DNA of 64,000 bases from an uncultured Acidimicrobiales bacterium (GTDB lineage Bacteria > Actinomycetota > Acidimicrobiia > Acidimicrobiales > DATKAS01): assembly GCA_963747215.1 (NCBI GenBank), contig CAVVET010000029.1, positions 320,115 through 384,114 on the forward strand. The letters are read 5' to 3'. Made by a program: the position numbers and the translations under genes. This document shows, piece after piece, positions 46,503-56,910 of this stretch; the first letter of the stretch is position 1; the number at the start of each line of letters is the position of its first letter. A model generated the notes under the pieces. The model searched no databases. It was given only the letters and a program-made list of their open reading frames with translations, and was not told where the DNA came from.

Positions 46503-48410
46503 ATGGAGAGCCGCCAACATCTCCTTCCTCACGAACCTGCGCTCGACGGGATGCGCGCGCTCGCCGTCGTCGCCGTCTTGCTCTACCACGGACACGTCTC
46601 GTGGATGCCGGGTGGGTTCCTCGGTGTCGACGCGTTCTTCGTGCTCTCCGGCTTCCTGATCACCTCGCTGCTGCTGGCCGAGTGGAACGCGCGCGGCGCA
46701 GTCGACCTTCGTTCCTTTTGGTCGCGCCGATGTCGGCGCCTTCTCCCCGCGATGCTCGTCGTCGTCGCGGCGGTGAGCGCCTACGCGGCGGTGCTGGCCG
46801 CCCGAGACGAGCTCGACGAGCTCCGCTCCGACACGCTCGCAACGCTCGGGTACGCCGCGAACTGGCGGGCCATCGCCGTCGGCGACCAATACGGCGATCT
46901 CTTCTCGGTGCCCTCCCCCCTGCAGCACACGTGGTCGCTCGCGATCGAAGAGCAGTGGTACCTGTTGTGGCCGCTGCTGCTGCTCGGTCTGCTCTTTGCG
47001 GCAAGACGGCATGCAGCGATCCCGCTCGCCGCAATCGGCACGTTGGTCCTCGGCTCAGCCGCGCTGATGGCGTGTCTCTACGACCCCGCCGACCTCGCCC
47101 GCTCGTACTACGGCACCGACACGCGCTGCCAGTCGTTGCTCGTCGGGGCCGGTCTCGCGCTGCTGGCGCGCCACGTGCGCGTCGGCAAGTGGATCCCAGT
47201 GCTCGCGATGGCGGCTCTCGCGTGGCTCTGGACGACGACGCCGCTCGATGCGAGCTGGCTGTACCACGGCGGCTTCCTGCTCTGCGCGGCGCTGGTCGCG
47301 CTCGTGATCGTCGCCGCGATGCGTCCGGGGCCGGTGCGCTCGTTGCTGTCAGTCCGCCCGCTGCCCGAGATCGGCCTCATCTCCTACGGCCTCTACCTGT
47401 GGCATTGGCCTGTGTACGTCGTGCTCTCGTCGTCACGCACGAACCTCGACGGTTGGTCGCTCCTCGTGCTCCGCGTGTGCGTGACCGGCATCCTCGCGGT
47501 GGCCAGCTACGTCCTGATCGAGCGGCCGGTGCGCGCCGGCACCTTCCGCCTCCCGCGCCCCGCGCTGAGCGTTCCCGCCGTCGTCGCGGGTGTCGCCACC
47601 ATCGCGCTCGTGGCGACGAGCGGCGGCCAGCCCAGTGTCGTGTTCGCCACACCCGCCGCACCGCCCACCTCTCCCCCCACGACGGCTCCAGCCGATTCTC
47701 TTGGCGCAGGCGGGGCTCTGACACCCGAGAGCGCCAAGAAAACCAGCCGGGAGCCGACCCGGGTCGCGGTCGTCGGTGACTCCGTCGCGCTCGTGATGGG
47801 TGAGGGGCTCATGCGGGTCGGCCCCTCGTTCGGGTTGGACGTGTGGGATCAGGGGCTTCTCGGGTGCGGCGTGCTGCGCGGCACCATGTGGATCGAGGGA
47901 GCCGCCCACGAGGTGTCGCCGGTGTGCTCGGGCTGGCCCACACGATTTCGCGAGATCGTCGACATGTGGGAGCCCCAAGTGGTGGTGCTGCTCATCGGCG
48001 CATGGGACGCCTACGACGTCCAGATGGACGGCGAGTGGGTCGAGTTCGGGACGCCACGGCATGACGAGTTCGTGCTCGGCGAGATCCGACACGCCATCGA
48101 CGTGCTCCGCTCACGCGGCGCGGAGGTCGTGCTCCTGACGACGCCGTACTTCGAACCGCGCCGCGACGTCGTCGATCGTGACCGCACCGCGTTCAACCCC
48201 GCCCGCGTGGACCATCTGAACGGGCTACTGCGCCAGATCGACGGCGTGTCGCTCGTCGACCTCAACCGCTTCCTCGACCCCGATGGTCGATTCACGAGCG
48301 AGGCGATGCAGGTTGTCGACGCCCGAGGCGACGGCGTGCACTTCACCCATGAGGGCGCCGACCTCGTCGGGAGCTGGTTGGCACCGCAGCTCGCGGCGCT
48401 CGCCCGCTGA
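46503..48410 (+). CDS. acyltransferase_3 (OafA/YrhL-type) membrane O-acyltransferase fused to SGNH hydrolase-like domain
   Basis: LDGMRALAVVAVLLYH, FFVLSGFLIT, HTWSLAIEEQWYL, about 10 TM. C-terminal VAVVGDSVA ... DGVHFT (SGNH blocks I and V). Intact. Confidence 0.85.
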   Translation: MESRQHLLPHEPALDGMRALAVVAVLLYHGHVSWMPGGFLGVDAFFVLSGFLITSLLLAEWNARGAVDLRSFWSRRCRRLLPAMLVVVAAVSAYAAVLAARDELDELRSDTLATLGYAANWRAIAVGDQYGDLFSVPSPLQHTWSLAIEEQWYLLWPLLLLGLLFAARRHAAIPLAAIGTLVLGSAALMACLYDPADLARSYYGTDTRCQSLLVGAGLALLARHVRVGKWIPVLAMAALAWLWTTTPLDASWLYHGGFLLCAALVALVIVAAMRPGPVRSLLSVRPLPEIGLISYGLYLWHWPVYVVLSSSRTNLDGWSLLVLRVCVTGILAVASYVLIERPVRAGTFRLPRPALSVPAVVAGVATIALVATSGGQPSVVFATPAAPPTSPPTTAPADSLGAGGALTPESAKKTSREPTRVAVVGDSVALVMGEGLMRVGPSFGLDVWDQGLLGCGVLRGTMWIEGAAHEVSPVCSGWPTRFREIVDMWEPQVVVLLIGAWDAYDVQMDGEWVEFGTPRHDEFVLGEIRHAIDVLRSRGAEVVLLTTPYFEPRRDVVDRDRTAFNPARVDHLNGLLRQIDGVSLVDLNRFLDPDGRFTSEAMQVVDARGDGVHFTHEGADLVGSWLAPQLAALAR

Positions 48411-48412
48411 GG

Positions 48413-49240
48413 TCAGGACGTCAGGAACGGTGCGACGACCGAGGCGACCTCCGCCGGCCGCTCGTAGAGCGCCATGTGTCCAGCCTCGGCGGTGACCTCG
48501 AGGCGAGCCCCGGCGATCAGCCGCTTCCACTCGGCGGCGTAGGCCACGGGCAGATAACGGTCGTCGTCGCCCCACACCAGCAGCGTCGGGTTCGTGATGC
48601 GGTAGATGCGCTTCGAGAGCTGACGGTCGGGGATCGGGAAGAGGATCTTCCCGGCCGTGCCGAGTCGCCGGCTGTTGCCGATCAGGAACGTCTTGATCGC
48701 CTCGGTGTCGTTGAAGTCGAGCCCGCCGGCCATGAGCGCGGTGCCCGCGGCCACATCGTGGAAGAGCAGCGGCGGAAACTCGAACGGCAAGAGCGAGTAG
48801 ATGTCGGGAACAGGACTGTCGTCGAGCCACAGGCCGAGCGGAGCGATCAGCACGACCCACGCGTAGTCCCGAGGTGCGGCCGCGGCCATCTCCGCCGCGA
48901 TCATCCCTCCCATCGAGTGTCCGATGAGGTGGGGACGCGACAGACCGAGCGCGTCGACCACGTCGGCGCCGTGCAGGGCGAAGTCCTGCATGTCCTCGAG
49001 GACTTCCTCTCCGCTGGCCTCGCCATAGCCCGGCCACACGGGCGCGAACACGGCGAATCGGGTGGCGAGCTCCGCGAGCATCGACTCACCACCGAGGTGA
49101 CCGGCAGCGCCATGGAAGCTCACGATCGATCCTTCGGCCTGTCCCGAGGCGGGCGCACCCGTGAGCACCTCGCAGGTGATGCCGCGGCGAGTCGTCACCG
49201 TCGTCCGCGACAACGGAGGCGCCGCGGTCATCTCGCTCAT
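48413..49240 (-). CDS. alpha/beta hydrolase
   Basis: ATG 49240 overlaps the upstream stop (ATGA). HLIGHSMGGMIAAEMA nucleophile elbow, LLVWGDDD, AGHMALYE (His). Confidence 0.8.
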   Translation of the reverse strand: MSEMTAAPPLSRTTVTTRRGITCEVLTGAPASGQAEGSIVSFHGAAGHLGGESMLAELATRFAVFAPVWPGYGEASGEEVLEDMQDFALHGADVVDALGLSRPHLIGHSMGGMIAAEMAAAAPRDYAWVVLIAPLGLWLDDSPVPDIYSLLPFEFPPLLFHDVAAGTALMAGGLDFNDTEAIKTFLIGNSRRLGTAGKILFPIPDRQLSKRIYRITNPTLLVWGDDDRYLPVAYAAEWKRLIAGARLEVTAEAGHMALYERPAEVASVVAPFLTS

Positions 49241-50514
49241 CGCTGCGGCTCGGCGTGATCGCGCGCGTGGGCGAACGTCTCGTCGGCGTGCACCCGCTCC
49301 TCCATGGGGTGGATCCACCACCGGTCGTCGCCTTCGTGATCGGGCCACATGTTGCGCAGGCTCGGCATGACCTTCTCCGCGAACAGTCGAGTCGAGTGAC
49401 GTGTCTTCCAGTCCGGCTGGTTGCCGTTGTGCATGAGGCAGAACACATGACCGAGACGCAGCGAATGGATCATGTCTTCCATGCGATCGCGGACCGTGTC
49501 GGGCCCGCCGGCGATCACGAAGCCGCCATCGATGAGGTCCTTCCACGTCAGCTTCGTCCATCGGTCGCGGTTCTCGGCGCGGAACTGGTCGAGCACACCG
49601 GCCTTGATCGTCGAGACGGTGCGATACCCGGCTGGATCGGAGAAGCCCGGGTACACGTGGAGGCACCGGTTGAAGAAATACAGGATGTGCTCGGCGTAGA
49701 GCTTCTCGGCCTCGGCGTCGGTGTCGGCCACCGCGATGATCTGGGCGAACGCAGCGCGGTACGGAGAGTCGTCCTTGTCGCGGGCCGCCACACGCTCCCA
49801 GTAGCCGTCGAGAAGCTTCTTGCCGGCGAGATAGCCGCCGAAGCTGAGGTAGGAGTAGTTGTAGTCGTAGTCGAGGCAGAAGTCCCACGTCTCGATCGAG
49901 CCGCCGCCCGGGATGTAGACGGGCGGGTGCGGCTGCTGGATCGGCCTCGGCCAGATGTTCACATAACGAAGCTGCGTGTACTTGCCGTTGAACGCGAACG
50001 GCTCGGGCTCGGCCCACGCCTTCATGATCAGCTCGTGCGCCTCGCGGTACTTGTCGCGCGTGAGCGCGGGGATCTGGCCGTAGCAGAAGTTCGTGTCCAT
50101 CGGCGTGCCGACCGGGAACCCGGCGACAAGTCGTCCGCCGCTGATGCAATCGAGCATCGCGAACTCCTCAGCGACGCGAACGGGCGGGTTGTACAACGCG
50201 ATGGAGTTCCCGATGACGCAGATGGCGGCGCGACTCGTCCGACGAGCGAGACCGGCCGCGATGATGTTCGGGCTCGGCATGATGCCGTAGCCGTTCTGGT
50301 GGTGCTCGTTGACGCCGATGCCGTCGAAACCGACCGACTCGGCGTACTCGAGCTGGTCCATGTACTCGTTGTAGACGCGGTTCGCGACCTTCGGATCGAA
50401 GAGCGATGTCGGGATGTCGACCCACACGGACCGTTGCGTGTCGCGGAAGTCGTCCGGCAGGTGCGGCCACGGCATCAAGTTGAACCAGGTGAACTTCACA
50501 CTTGCACCGTACAA
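49237..50514 (-). CDS. luciferase-like (LLM class) flavin-dependent oxidoreductase
   Basis: 425 aa. [25 protein letters not shown], and a TIM-barrel LLM pattern. The start may be GTG ~50496. Confidence 0.75.
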   Translation of the reverse strand: MYGASVKFTWFNLMPWPHLPDDFRDTQRSVWVDIPTSLFDPKVANRVYNEYMDQLEYAESVGFDGIGVNEHHQNGYGIMPSPNIIAAGLARRTSRAAICVIGNSIALYNPPVRVAEEFAMLDCISGGRLVAGFPVGTPMDTNFCYGQIPALTRDKYREAHELIMKAWAEPEPFAFNGKYTQLRYVNIWPRPIQQPHPPVYIPGGGSIETWDFCLDYDYNYSYLSFGGYLAGKKLLDGYWERVAARDKDDSPYRAAFAQIIAVADTDAEAEKLYAEHILYFFNRCLHVYPGFSDPAGYRTVSTIKAGVLDQFRAENRDRWTKLTWKDLIDGGFVIAGGPDTVRDRMEDMIHSLRLGHVFCLMHNGNQPDWKTRHSTRLFAEKVMPSLRNMWPDHEGDDRWWIHPMEERVHADETFAHARDHAEPQR

Positions 50515-51470
50515 CCATCACGCGGAAGGCTGACCAGATCGACGTCCCCGATCTCACCGGCAAGCTCGCCGTCGTCACGGGTGGCAACAGCGGCATCGGA
50601 CTCGAGACGGCACGCGCGTTCGCCGGGGCGGGCGCGTCGGTGGTGCTGGCGGTTCGCAACCCCGAAAAGGGTGCCGCCGCGGTCGCCGACATCGGTCGCA
50701 GCAATCCCGACACCGATGTGACCGCGTTGCACCTCGACCTCGCCAGCCTCGCGTCGATCGAGTCGTTTGCGAAGGAGGCGCTCGTCTCGGGACGGCCGAT
50801 CGACATTCTCGTCAACAACGCCGGAGTGATGGCCGTGCCCACGCGTCACGTGACCGAGGACGGCTTCGAGATGCAGTTCGGCACGAATCACCTCGGCCAC
50901 TACGCGCTGACCGGAAGGCTGCTCCCCCTGCTACGCGCCGCACCACACGCACGCGTCGTGACCGTGAGCAGCGGGGCGCATCACACCGGGTCGATCCGCT
51001 TCGACGATCTCCAGCTCGAACGCGGTTACTCGCGGTGGCGCGCGTATTCGCAGTCGAAGCTCGCGAACCTCTTGTTCGCGTTCGAGCTGCAGCGGCGGAG
51101 CACCGCGAACCGCTGGGGCCTGCTCAGCAATGCTGCGCACCCGGGATCGACACGCACGAACTTGCAGTCGACCGGGCCCAACATGGGTACGGCGGGCGGT
51201 GGCGCGAACTACCTCGAACGCTTGATGCGTCTTCCCGGCGCGTCACAGAGCGCGGATCGCGGCGCCCTCCCGACGATCTATGCGGCCACCGATCCGAGAG
51301 CAGTCGGCGGCGGCTACTACGGTCCCGACGGGCTGATGGAGATGACCGGGAAGGGTGTCTCGGAGGCGAGGCGATCCCGGCGGGCACGCGACGAGGCCGA
51401 CGCCGCTCGCCTCTGGCAGGTCTCCGAGGAGCTGACCGGCGTGGTCTACCCAACGGCAGAGGCGGCCTGA
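50502..51470 (+). CDS. short-chain dehydrogenase/reductase (SDR)
   Basis: [24 protein letters not shown], catalytic [13 protein letters not shown]. Confidence 0.85.
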   Translation: MHRTTITRKADQIDVPDLTGKLAVVTGGNSGIGLETARAFAGAGASVVLAVRNPEKGAAAVADIGRSNPDTDVTALHLDLASLASIESFAKEALVSGRPIDILVNNAGVMAVPTRHVTEDGFEMQFGTNHLGHYALTGRLLPLLRAAPHARVVTVSSGAHHTGSIRFDDLQLERGYSRWRAYSQSKLANLLFAFELQRRSTANRWGLLSNAAHPGSTRTNLQSTGPNMGTAGGGANYLERLMRLPGASQSADRGALPTIYAATDPRAVGGGYYGPDGLMEMTGKGVSEARRSRRARDEADAARLWQVSEELTGVVYPTAEAA

Positions 51471-51472
51471 CC

Positions 51473-51835
51473 ATGGCCCAGAACGTCCTCGGCACGGATC
51501 TGCAGCCGTGCTCGTATGACCCGCTCACCGGCTTCTACCGCAACGGGTGCTGCGACACGGGCGGCGACGACCTCGGAGTGCACGCCGTCTGCGTGCGCAT
51601 GACGGCCGAGTTCCTCGCGTTCAGCAAGGGCGCGGGCAACGACCTCTCGACGCCGCAGCCCGCGTTCGGCTTCCCCGGCTTGCAGCCCGACGATCAGTGG
51701 TGTGTGTGCGCCGATCGATGGGTGGAGGCGCTCGAGGCAGGGGCGGCTCCTCCCGTGGTGCTGGAAGCAACGCACATCCGGGTGCTCGAGTGGGCGAGCC
51801 TCGGCGATCTGCGCGACCACGCCGTGCAGAGCTGA
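51473..51835 (+). CDS. DUF2237-like small Cys-rich protein
   Basis: 120 aa. NVLGTDLQPCSYDPLTGFYRNGCCDTG..DLGVHAVC...WCVCADRW matches the conserved pattern I associate with DUF2237. Confidence 0.6.
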   Translation: MAQNVLGTDLQPCSYDPLTGFYRNGCCDTGGDDLGVHAVCVRMTAEFLAFSKGAGNDLSTPQPAFGFPGLQPDDQWCVCADRWVEALEAGAAPPVVLEATHIRVLEWASLGDLRDHAVQS

Positions 51836-51842
51836 CCCAGCC

Positions 51843-52647
51843 TCAGCGGCCCTCGAACTTCGGAGCACGACCTTCGACGCGTGCGGCAAACGCCTCGCGG
51901 GTGTCGTGCAACGTGAACATCCGCAGGTGTCGCTCGCTCTCGAGCGCCACGTAGCCGGCGAAGTCCATGCGCTCGGCGTCGACGAAGTTCGCTTTGAGCG
52001 TCTTGAGCCCGATCGGTGCCGCGGACGCGAGTCGATCGACGACCGTCCTGGACCTCGGCCTTGAACTCATCGTCGGGGAAGACCCGGGAGACGAGGCCGA
52101 TGCGGAGGGCTTCGGCGGCGTCGAACTTCGCGGGGAGCATGTAGAGCTCGCGCGCCCGGGCCGGTCCGACGATCCGGGCGAGCGTCCACGGTCCGCCCAT
52201 GTCCCCGGCGATGCCCACCTCGAGGAATGCGGTGTTGAACCGGGCCGACGCCGCGGCGAACCGGAAGTCGCACGCGCAGGCCCAACCGAACCCGGCTCCC
52301 GCGCAGGCCCCGTTCACGGCGGCAATCGTGACCGCCGGCATCTGATGCAGGAGCACGGGAGCGCGGAAGTCCGACGGGCTCAACGGTTCGTCGGCGATCG
52401 TCCCGCCCGCCACCGCCTGCAGGTCGGCGCCTGGGCAGAACGCAGATCCGGCGCCGGTGAGCACGAGCACCCGCACGCTCTTGTCCTCGGCCGCCATCGC
52501 GAGCGCGTCGCCGACCTCTCGCACCATCCGGTTCGTCATCGCGTTCTTGCGGTCGGGACGGTTCATCGTGATCGTCACGACCGGGCCGTCCTGCTCGAAG
52601 AGGATCGTCTCGAACGTCGCGTCGCCCACTGGTGTCGATGCTTCCAC
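51843..52647 (-). CDS. enoyl-CoA hydratase/isomerase family protein; one frame change
   Basis: ITMNRPDRKNAMT, LTGAGSAFCPGADL, IAAVNGACAGAGFG in ORF 51694..52935. After ~52047 it continues TVVDRLASAAPIGLKTLK...AFAARVEGRAPKFEGR in ORF 51843..52070. The start is GTG 52647 or 52629. Confidence 0.82.
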
Positions 52648-52706
52648 AGTCGTGCCGTCGTCTGTGCCCTCGTCCGTGTCCTCGTCGGTGTCACAGCAGT
52701 TGTGTG

Positions 52707-53716
52707 ATGCTCGACGCGATGGCTGATCCGACCTATCCGGCCGACGTCGCTGACACGGTGCGGTCATGGCTCGAGCAGACCTACGGCAGCCCGGTCCGCG
52801 ACGCGGTCGCGCCCACCGCGATCGGCACGGGTTTCTCGACGCTGATCCACTTCGTGCAGTTCGCAGGCTCGGGACTGCCCCCAGAGTGGCGTGCACCCCT
52901 CGTGGTGCGCATCCATCAGTCCGTGGACCAAGCATCGGTCGCGCGACGCGAGGCCGAGATCCAGACGTGGTGCCACGACCGTGACTACCCGGTGCCTCGC
53001 GTGCTCAGGGTGTTCGAGCCCGACGAGCTGCTGCCGTTGCCCGTGCAGGTGATGGAGCGGGCGCCGGGCACGACGATGCTCGAAGCGATCATGAAAGCCC
53101 CATGGCGCGCCGGCGCGCACGCTCGAACGCCTCGCTGACCTGCACCTCCGGCTGCACGCGATCCCGATCGATGGGTGGCCCGAGGCCAAGGAGGCGGGTC
53201 TCGCGGCGCGCCGGCTCGCGTTGGTGCGCCGGTCGCTCGACCGACACGAAGATCCCGAGCTGCGCGACGCCCTCACTCGCGCCGAGCAGCTGCTGCCCGA
53301 GCTCTACGCGGCGGAGCGGGTGCCGTGCCACGGTGACTTCCACCCGCTCAACGTGATGGTCGATGGCGACCACGCGACGGTCATCGACTGGACCGACGCG
53401 GGATTGGGCGATCGGCACGGCGATGTCGCCCGCACGTACCTCCTCTTTCACGTCGCCGCGATCGCGGCGACGACACGCGTCGAGAAGGCGGTCGTTGAAG
53501 GCGTCCCACGGATGGCTCGCCGGCCGGTATCGGGGAGCCTACGAGCGCGTCCACCCGCTCGATCCTGAGCGACTGCGCCACTGGGAGGCCCTGCACCTGC
53601 TCCACGGGTGGGCGCAGGTCGTCGATGCCCATCGCGAGGGCTCGGCGGCCGCGTCTCGTGCGCCATTGGACCTCGTGACGTGGCTGCGCGCGCGGTTCGA
53701 GGAGGCGGTCACCTGA
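52707..53716 (+). CDS. aminoglycoside/choline-kinase-type phosphotransferase; two frame changes
   Basis: Three frames are needed. MLDAMADPTYP...VMERAPG (ORF 52632..53138), RTLERLADLHLRLHAI...PCHGDFHPLNVMV...VIDWTDAGLGD (53221 frame), LKASHGWLAGRYRGAYERV...LHLLHGW (53363 frame). Frame changes at ~53112 and ~53487. Confidence 0.72.
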
Positions 53717-53773
53717 TCGGGCCGAGTCGTGCGGACGAGGTGGCGCGACACCGTCGCTTGTAACGTCGCCGCG

Positions 53774-54658
53774 ATGAAGTACGGAATCATCTTTGCGAAC
53801 ACGATGCGCTGGTCCACCGGAGAGGGCGCGGTCGCTTCCGCTCGTGCGGCTGACGCTGCGGGGTTCGAGTCGATGTGGACCGTCGAGCACGTCATCTATC
53901 CCGACGACTACTCGTCGCCCTACCCCTACAGCCCCGACGGCAAGATGCCCGCCCGCGCGGACACGCCGATCCCGGACCCGCTGATCTGGCTCGCCTACAT
54001 CGCATCGGTCACCACCACGTTGCGACTGGCGACCGGCATCCTCATCCTCCCTCAGCGCAATCCGGTCGTCTTGGCGAAAGAGCTCGCGACGCTCGACCAC
54101 CTGTCGGGTGGTCGCGTCGAGCTCGGCATCGGCGTGGGCTGGCTCGAGGAGGAGTTCGACGCGCTCGGCGTGCCGTGGGCTCGTCGCGGGGCGCGCACCG
54201 ACGAATACGTCGCGGCGATGCGCGCGCTCTGGGCGTCCGACGGCGCCAGCTTCGACGGTGAGTTCGCGTCGTTCACGCGGGTGTCGTCGAATCCGAAGCC
54301 GGCGCAGGGCTCGATCCCGATCGTCGTCGGGGGACACTCACGCGCGGCCGCTGAACGCGCCGGTCGTCTGGGCGACGGGTTCTTCCCCGGGAAGGGGACG
54401 CCGGCCGAGCTCCGCGAGATGATCGACATCGTTCACCAGTCCGCCGCGAAGCACGACCGCGACCCGAGCGCGATCGAGGTCACCGCCGGCTGTCCCGGCA
54501 TCTTCGGCGACGACCCGGTCGGCGCGGCCGAGGAGATGGCCAGCATCGGGGTGGGCCGGATCATGGTCCCCGCGTTCCTGTTGGTGAAGCCGAACGAGAC
54601 CGAAGCGATGGACGCCTTCGCCGACCGGGTGATCCGTCCGACCGCCACAGTCGGGTGA
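53774..54658 (+). CDS. LLM-class (probably F420-dependent) oxidoreductase
   Basis: MKYGIIF..., FESMWTVEH, LATGILILPQRNPVVLAKELATLDHLSGGRVELGIGVGW, IPIVVGGHS. Confidence 0.75.
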   Translation: MKYGIIFANTMRWSTGEGAVASARAADAAGFESMWTVEHVIYPDDYSSPYPYSPDGKMPARADTPIPDPLIWLAYIASVTTTLRLATGILILPQRNPVVLAKELATLDHLSGGRVELGIGVGWLEEEFDALGVPWARRGARTDEYVAAMRALWASDGASFDGEFASFTRVSSNPKPAQGSIPIVVGGHSRAAAERAGRLGDGFFPGKGTPAELREMIDIVHQSAAKHDRDPSAIEVTAGCPGIFGDDPVGAAEEMASIGVGRIMVPAFLLVKPNETEAMDAFADRVIRPTATVG

Positions 54659-54669
54659 CCCGGCTGGCC

Positions 54670-54699
54670 TTGCCGCCTGTGGCGCGTTGTCTGTAGTCT
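54670..54699 (+). promoter_or_regulatory. sigma-70-like promoter candidate
   Basis: TTGCCG (54670-54675), 18-nt spacer, TAGTCT (54694-54699), about 28 nt upstream of ATG 54728 with an AAGGGGGA RBS. Confidence 0.3.
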
Positions 54700-54727
54700 G
54701 CAAGCATCTCGACAAGGGGGACCAGAG

Positions 54728-55297
54728 ATGTCTGACAAGCCTTCGTACCTCGGGCTGCTCAACGCGATCGCCAACGGCGAGAGCCAGGCCGAGTGCTACC
54801 TGGACGCGTGGGCTGCCACGACACCCGACGACGGCGTGCGCCAGGTGATCTCGACAGTCGCGCTCCGCGAGGGCGAGCACGGCAAGGCGTTCGCGAAGCG
54901 GCTGTGCGAGCTCGGGTACACCGTGCTCCCCCGCGAGGACCCGAAGTTCGACGAGAAGATGACGATCGCGGGCGACAAGCACCTCACCGATCGCGAGAAG
55001 TTCGAGAAGCTCGGGTTCTCGCCGGCTGAGCGCAGCGAGCCGTCGGGCCCCGACTTCTTCTCTCGCATGTTCGAGGACAAGTCGATCGACATCCAGACGG
55101 GCGCCCTGCTCGGCCGCTACATCGCCGAGGAGCGCGACAGCGGACGGATGCTCTCCTCGTGCTATCGCCAGCTGTGCGCAGCGGAGGACGGGCACTCGGT
55201 CACGAACGGCGACGGCGGCGATCTGTCCGCGCAGCTGGGCCGCATCGAGGACCTGCTGGAGAAGCTCGTCGGCAAGAAGGCCCGAGCAACCCGCTAG
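54728..55297 (+). CDS. hypothetical protein, possibly ferritin-like/di-iron fold
   Basis: 189 aa. E-x-x-H-type pairs (ALREGEHGKAFAKRL; YIAEERDSGRML). I cannot name a family. Confidence 0.35.
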   Translation: MSDKPSYLGLLNAIANGESQAECYLDAWAATTPDDGVRQVISTVALREGEHGKAFAKRLCELGYTVLPREDPKFDEKMTIAGDKHLTDREKFEKLGFSPAERSEPSGPDFFSRMFEDKSIDIQTGALLGRYIAEERDSGRMLSSCYRQLCAAEDGHSVTNGDGGDLSAQLGRIEDLLEKLVGKKARATR

Positions 55298-55301
55298 GTC
55301 C

Positions 55302-55327
55302 GTGTCTCAGGTCAGTGTCTCAGGTCA
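55302..55327 (+). repeat. perfect 13-bp tandem duplication (GTGTCTCAGGTCA x2, plus GTG)
   Basis: Copies at 55302-55314 and 55315-55327 between convergent genes. The second copy contains the stop codon of the minus-strand gene 55320..55754. Confidence 0.9.
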
Positions 55328-55754
55328 GTGACTCGACCGTCTGATTGATGCGACGAGCGCGAGTGTCGGCGCGCTTCGCCTCATCGATCCACCTCACAGA
55401 CTCGCGCTGACGGCTGAAGCTCAGGGCGTCGAACGCGGCGCGCGCCTTGGCCTTGCGCAGCGCCGCGGCGAGGTCACTCGGCACCGCGATCATGCGGGGG
55501 CCTTCCTCTCGGGTCACGACGACGGAGATCTCGTCACCGACGTCTTTTCCGAGCTGCGAGCGGATCGCCTTGAGCACGCCCAGGCACGGTCCGGCGCCCA
55601 TGTTCACGATCGACCCGCGGTACGGCACGCCCTCGAAGGTGGCTTCGACGGGGATCCGTCCGCCTCCGCCCAACGCCCGCACGACGCGCTCGGGCACCAG
55701 GACGTACGCCCCTCCGCCGCGGGCGGCGACGATCTCGGCCCTGAACCTCGGCAC
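55320..55754 (-). CDS. DUF1905 + YdeI/OmpD-associated domain protein
   Basis: FRAEIVAARGGGAYVLVPERVVRALGGGGRIPVEATFEGVPYRGSI (DUF1905 pattern). C-terminal FDALSFSRQRESVRWIDEAKRADTRARRI (YdeI-like). Confidence 0.65.
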   Translation of the reverse strand: MPRFRAEIVAARGGGAYVLVPERVVRALGGGGRIPVEATFEGVPYRGSIVNMGAGPCLGVLKAIRSQLGKDVGDEISVVVTREEGPRMIAVPSDLAAALRKAKARAAFDALSFSRQRESVRWIDEAKRADTRARRINQTVESLT

Positions 55755-55783
55755 CCGCGCAGCCTAGGAACGAGGATGGAGGC

Positions 55784-56877
55784 ATGCCTCACGAGCCCGA
55801 GTGCGTGATCTGCGCGGGTGGCGGGCCGTCGGACGTGCTCGTCGAGCTCGACGCGTCGGACGTCACGGTCCCGCTCGAACCGGCGTCGCCGGACTACGCA
55901 TGCGTCGTCTCACGCTCGCACGTCGTCGAGCCATTCGATCTCCCCGGCCTCGCGCGTCGGAGATACCTCGAAGAGGTGCTGCTCACCGCCCGGGCCCTTC
56001 GGGACACCACCGGCGCGACGAAGATCAACTACGAGATCCACGGCAACACGATCCCGCACCTGCACACGCACCTCTACGCGAGGTTCGCAGCCGACCGCCC
56101 GATCACCACTCGCGAGTCGCTTGCCAACGCGATCCTCGCTGCGCACGACCCCGCGTCGTTCTCGTCGTCGGTCAGCGACGTGCCGGCGTTGTACGACACG
56201 ATGGCCGATTGGTTCGACCAGCAGACCGAGTCGAGCTTCTACAACGCGCACTACGACCGACCCGCCGTGCTGGACGCGGCCGGCGATGTCACGGGGCTGC
56301 GCATCGCGGATCTCGGATGCGGGCCGGGCGTCTACCTCGCCGACCTTCGGGAGCGGGGAGCCGACGTGGTCGGGGTCGACGGCAGCGCTCGAGCTGCTCG
56401 CGCGGGCGCGCGCTCGGCTGGGCTCCGACGTCGAGCTGCACCACCACGATCTCGAGCAGCCGTTGCACATGTTCGACGACGAGTCGCTCGACGGTGTGGT
56501 GAGCGCGCTCGTGTACCACTACATCCACGACCGCATGGGTGTGCTCAGAGAGATACGCCGCGCGCTGCGCCCCGAAGGCTGGCTCGTGCTCTCGACGAGC
56601 CACCCCGTGCGCGGATTGGCTCGACGCCGGCGGGAGCTACTTCGCGGTGGAGTGGACCGAGGCCGTGTTCGACCGCCCTGAGGGCGGATGGACCGTCCCG
56701 TTCTGGAGGATGCCGCTCGGCGTCCTCGTGGACGAGATCCTGAGTGCGGGGTTCGTGCTCGAGCGCATCGTGGAGCCCGTGCCGCCAGCAGACCGCGAGT
56801 CTCACGACCCGCGTCGCTACCGCCGGCTCACCCGTGAGCCCGCCTTCATCGTCATTCGAGCGCGCAAGGGTGCCTAG
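55784..56877 (+). CDS. HIT (histidine triad) domain fused to class I SAM methyltransferase; two frame changes
   Basis: CVICAG..., NTIPHLHTHLYARF (HIT motif). In the same frame follows YDTMADWFDQ...LRIADLGCGPGVYLADL (motif I). Then LELLARARARL...LDGVVSALVYHYIHD...LRPEGWLVLSTSHP (55818 frame) and ADWLDAGGSYFAVEW...GFVLERIVEP (56539 frame). Frame changes at ~56385 and ~56608. Confidence 0.7.
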
Positions 56878-56910
56878 GGAGCCTGACCTCGGCTTTGCTA
56901 CCTTGCCCTG

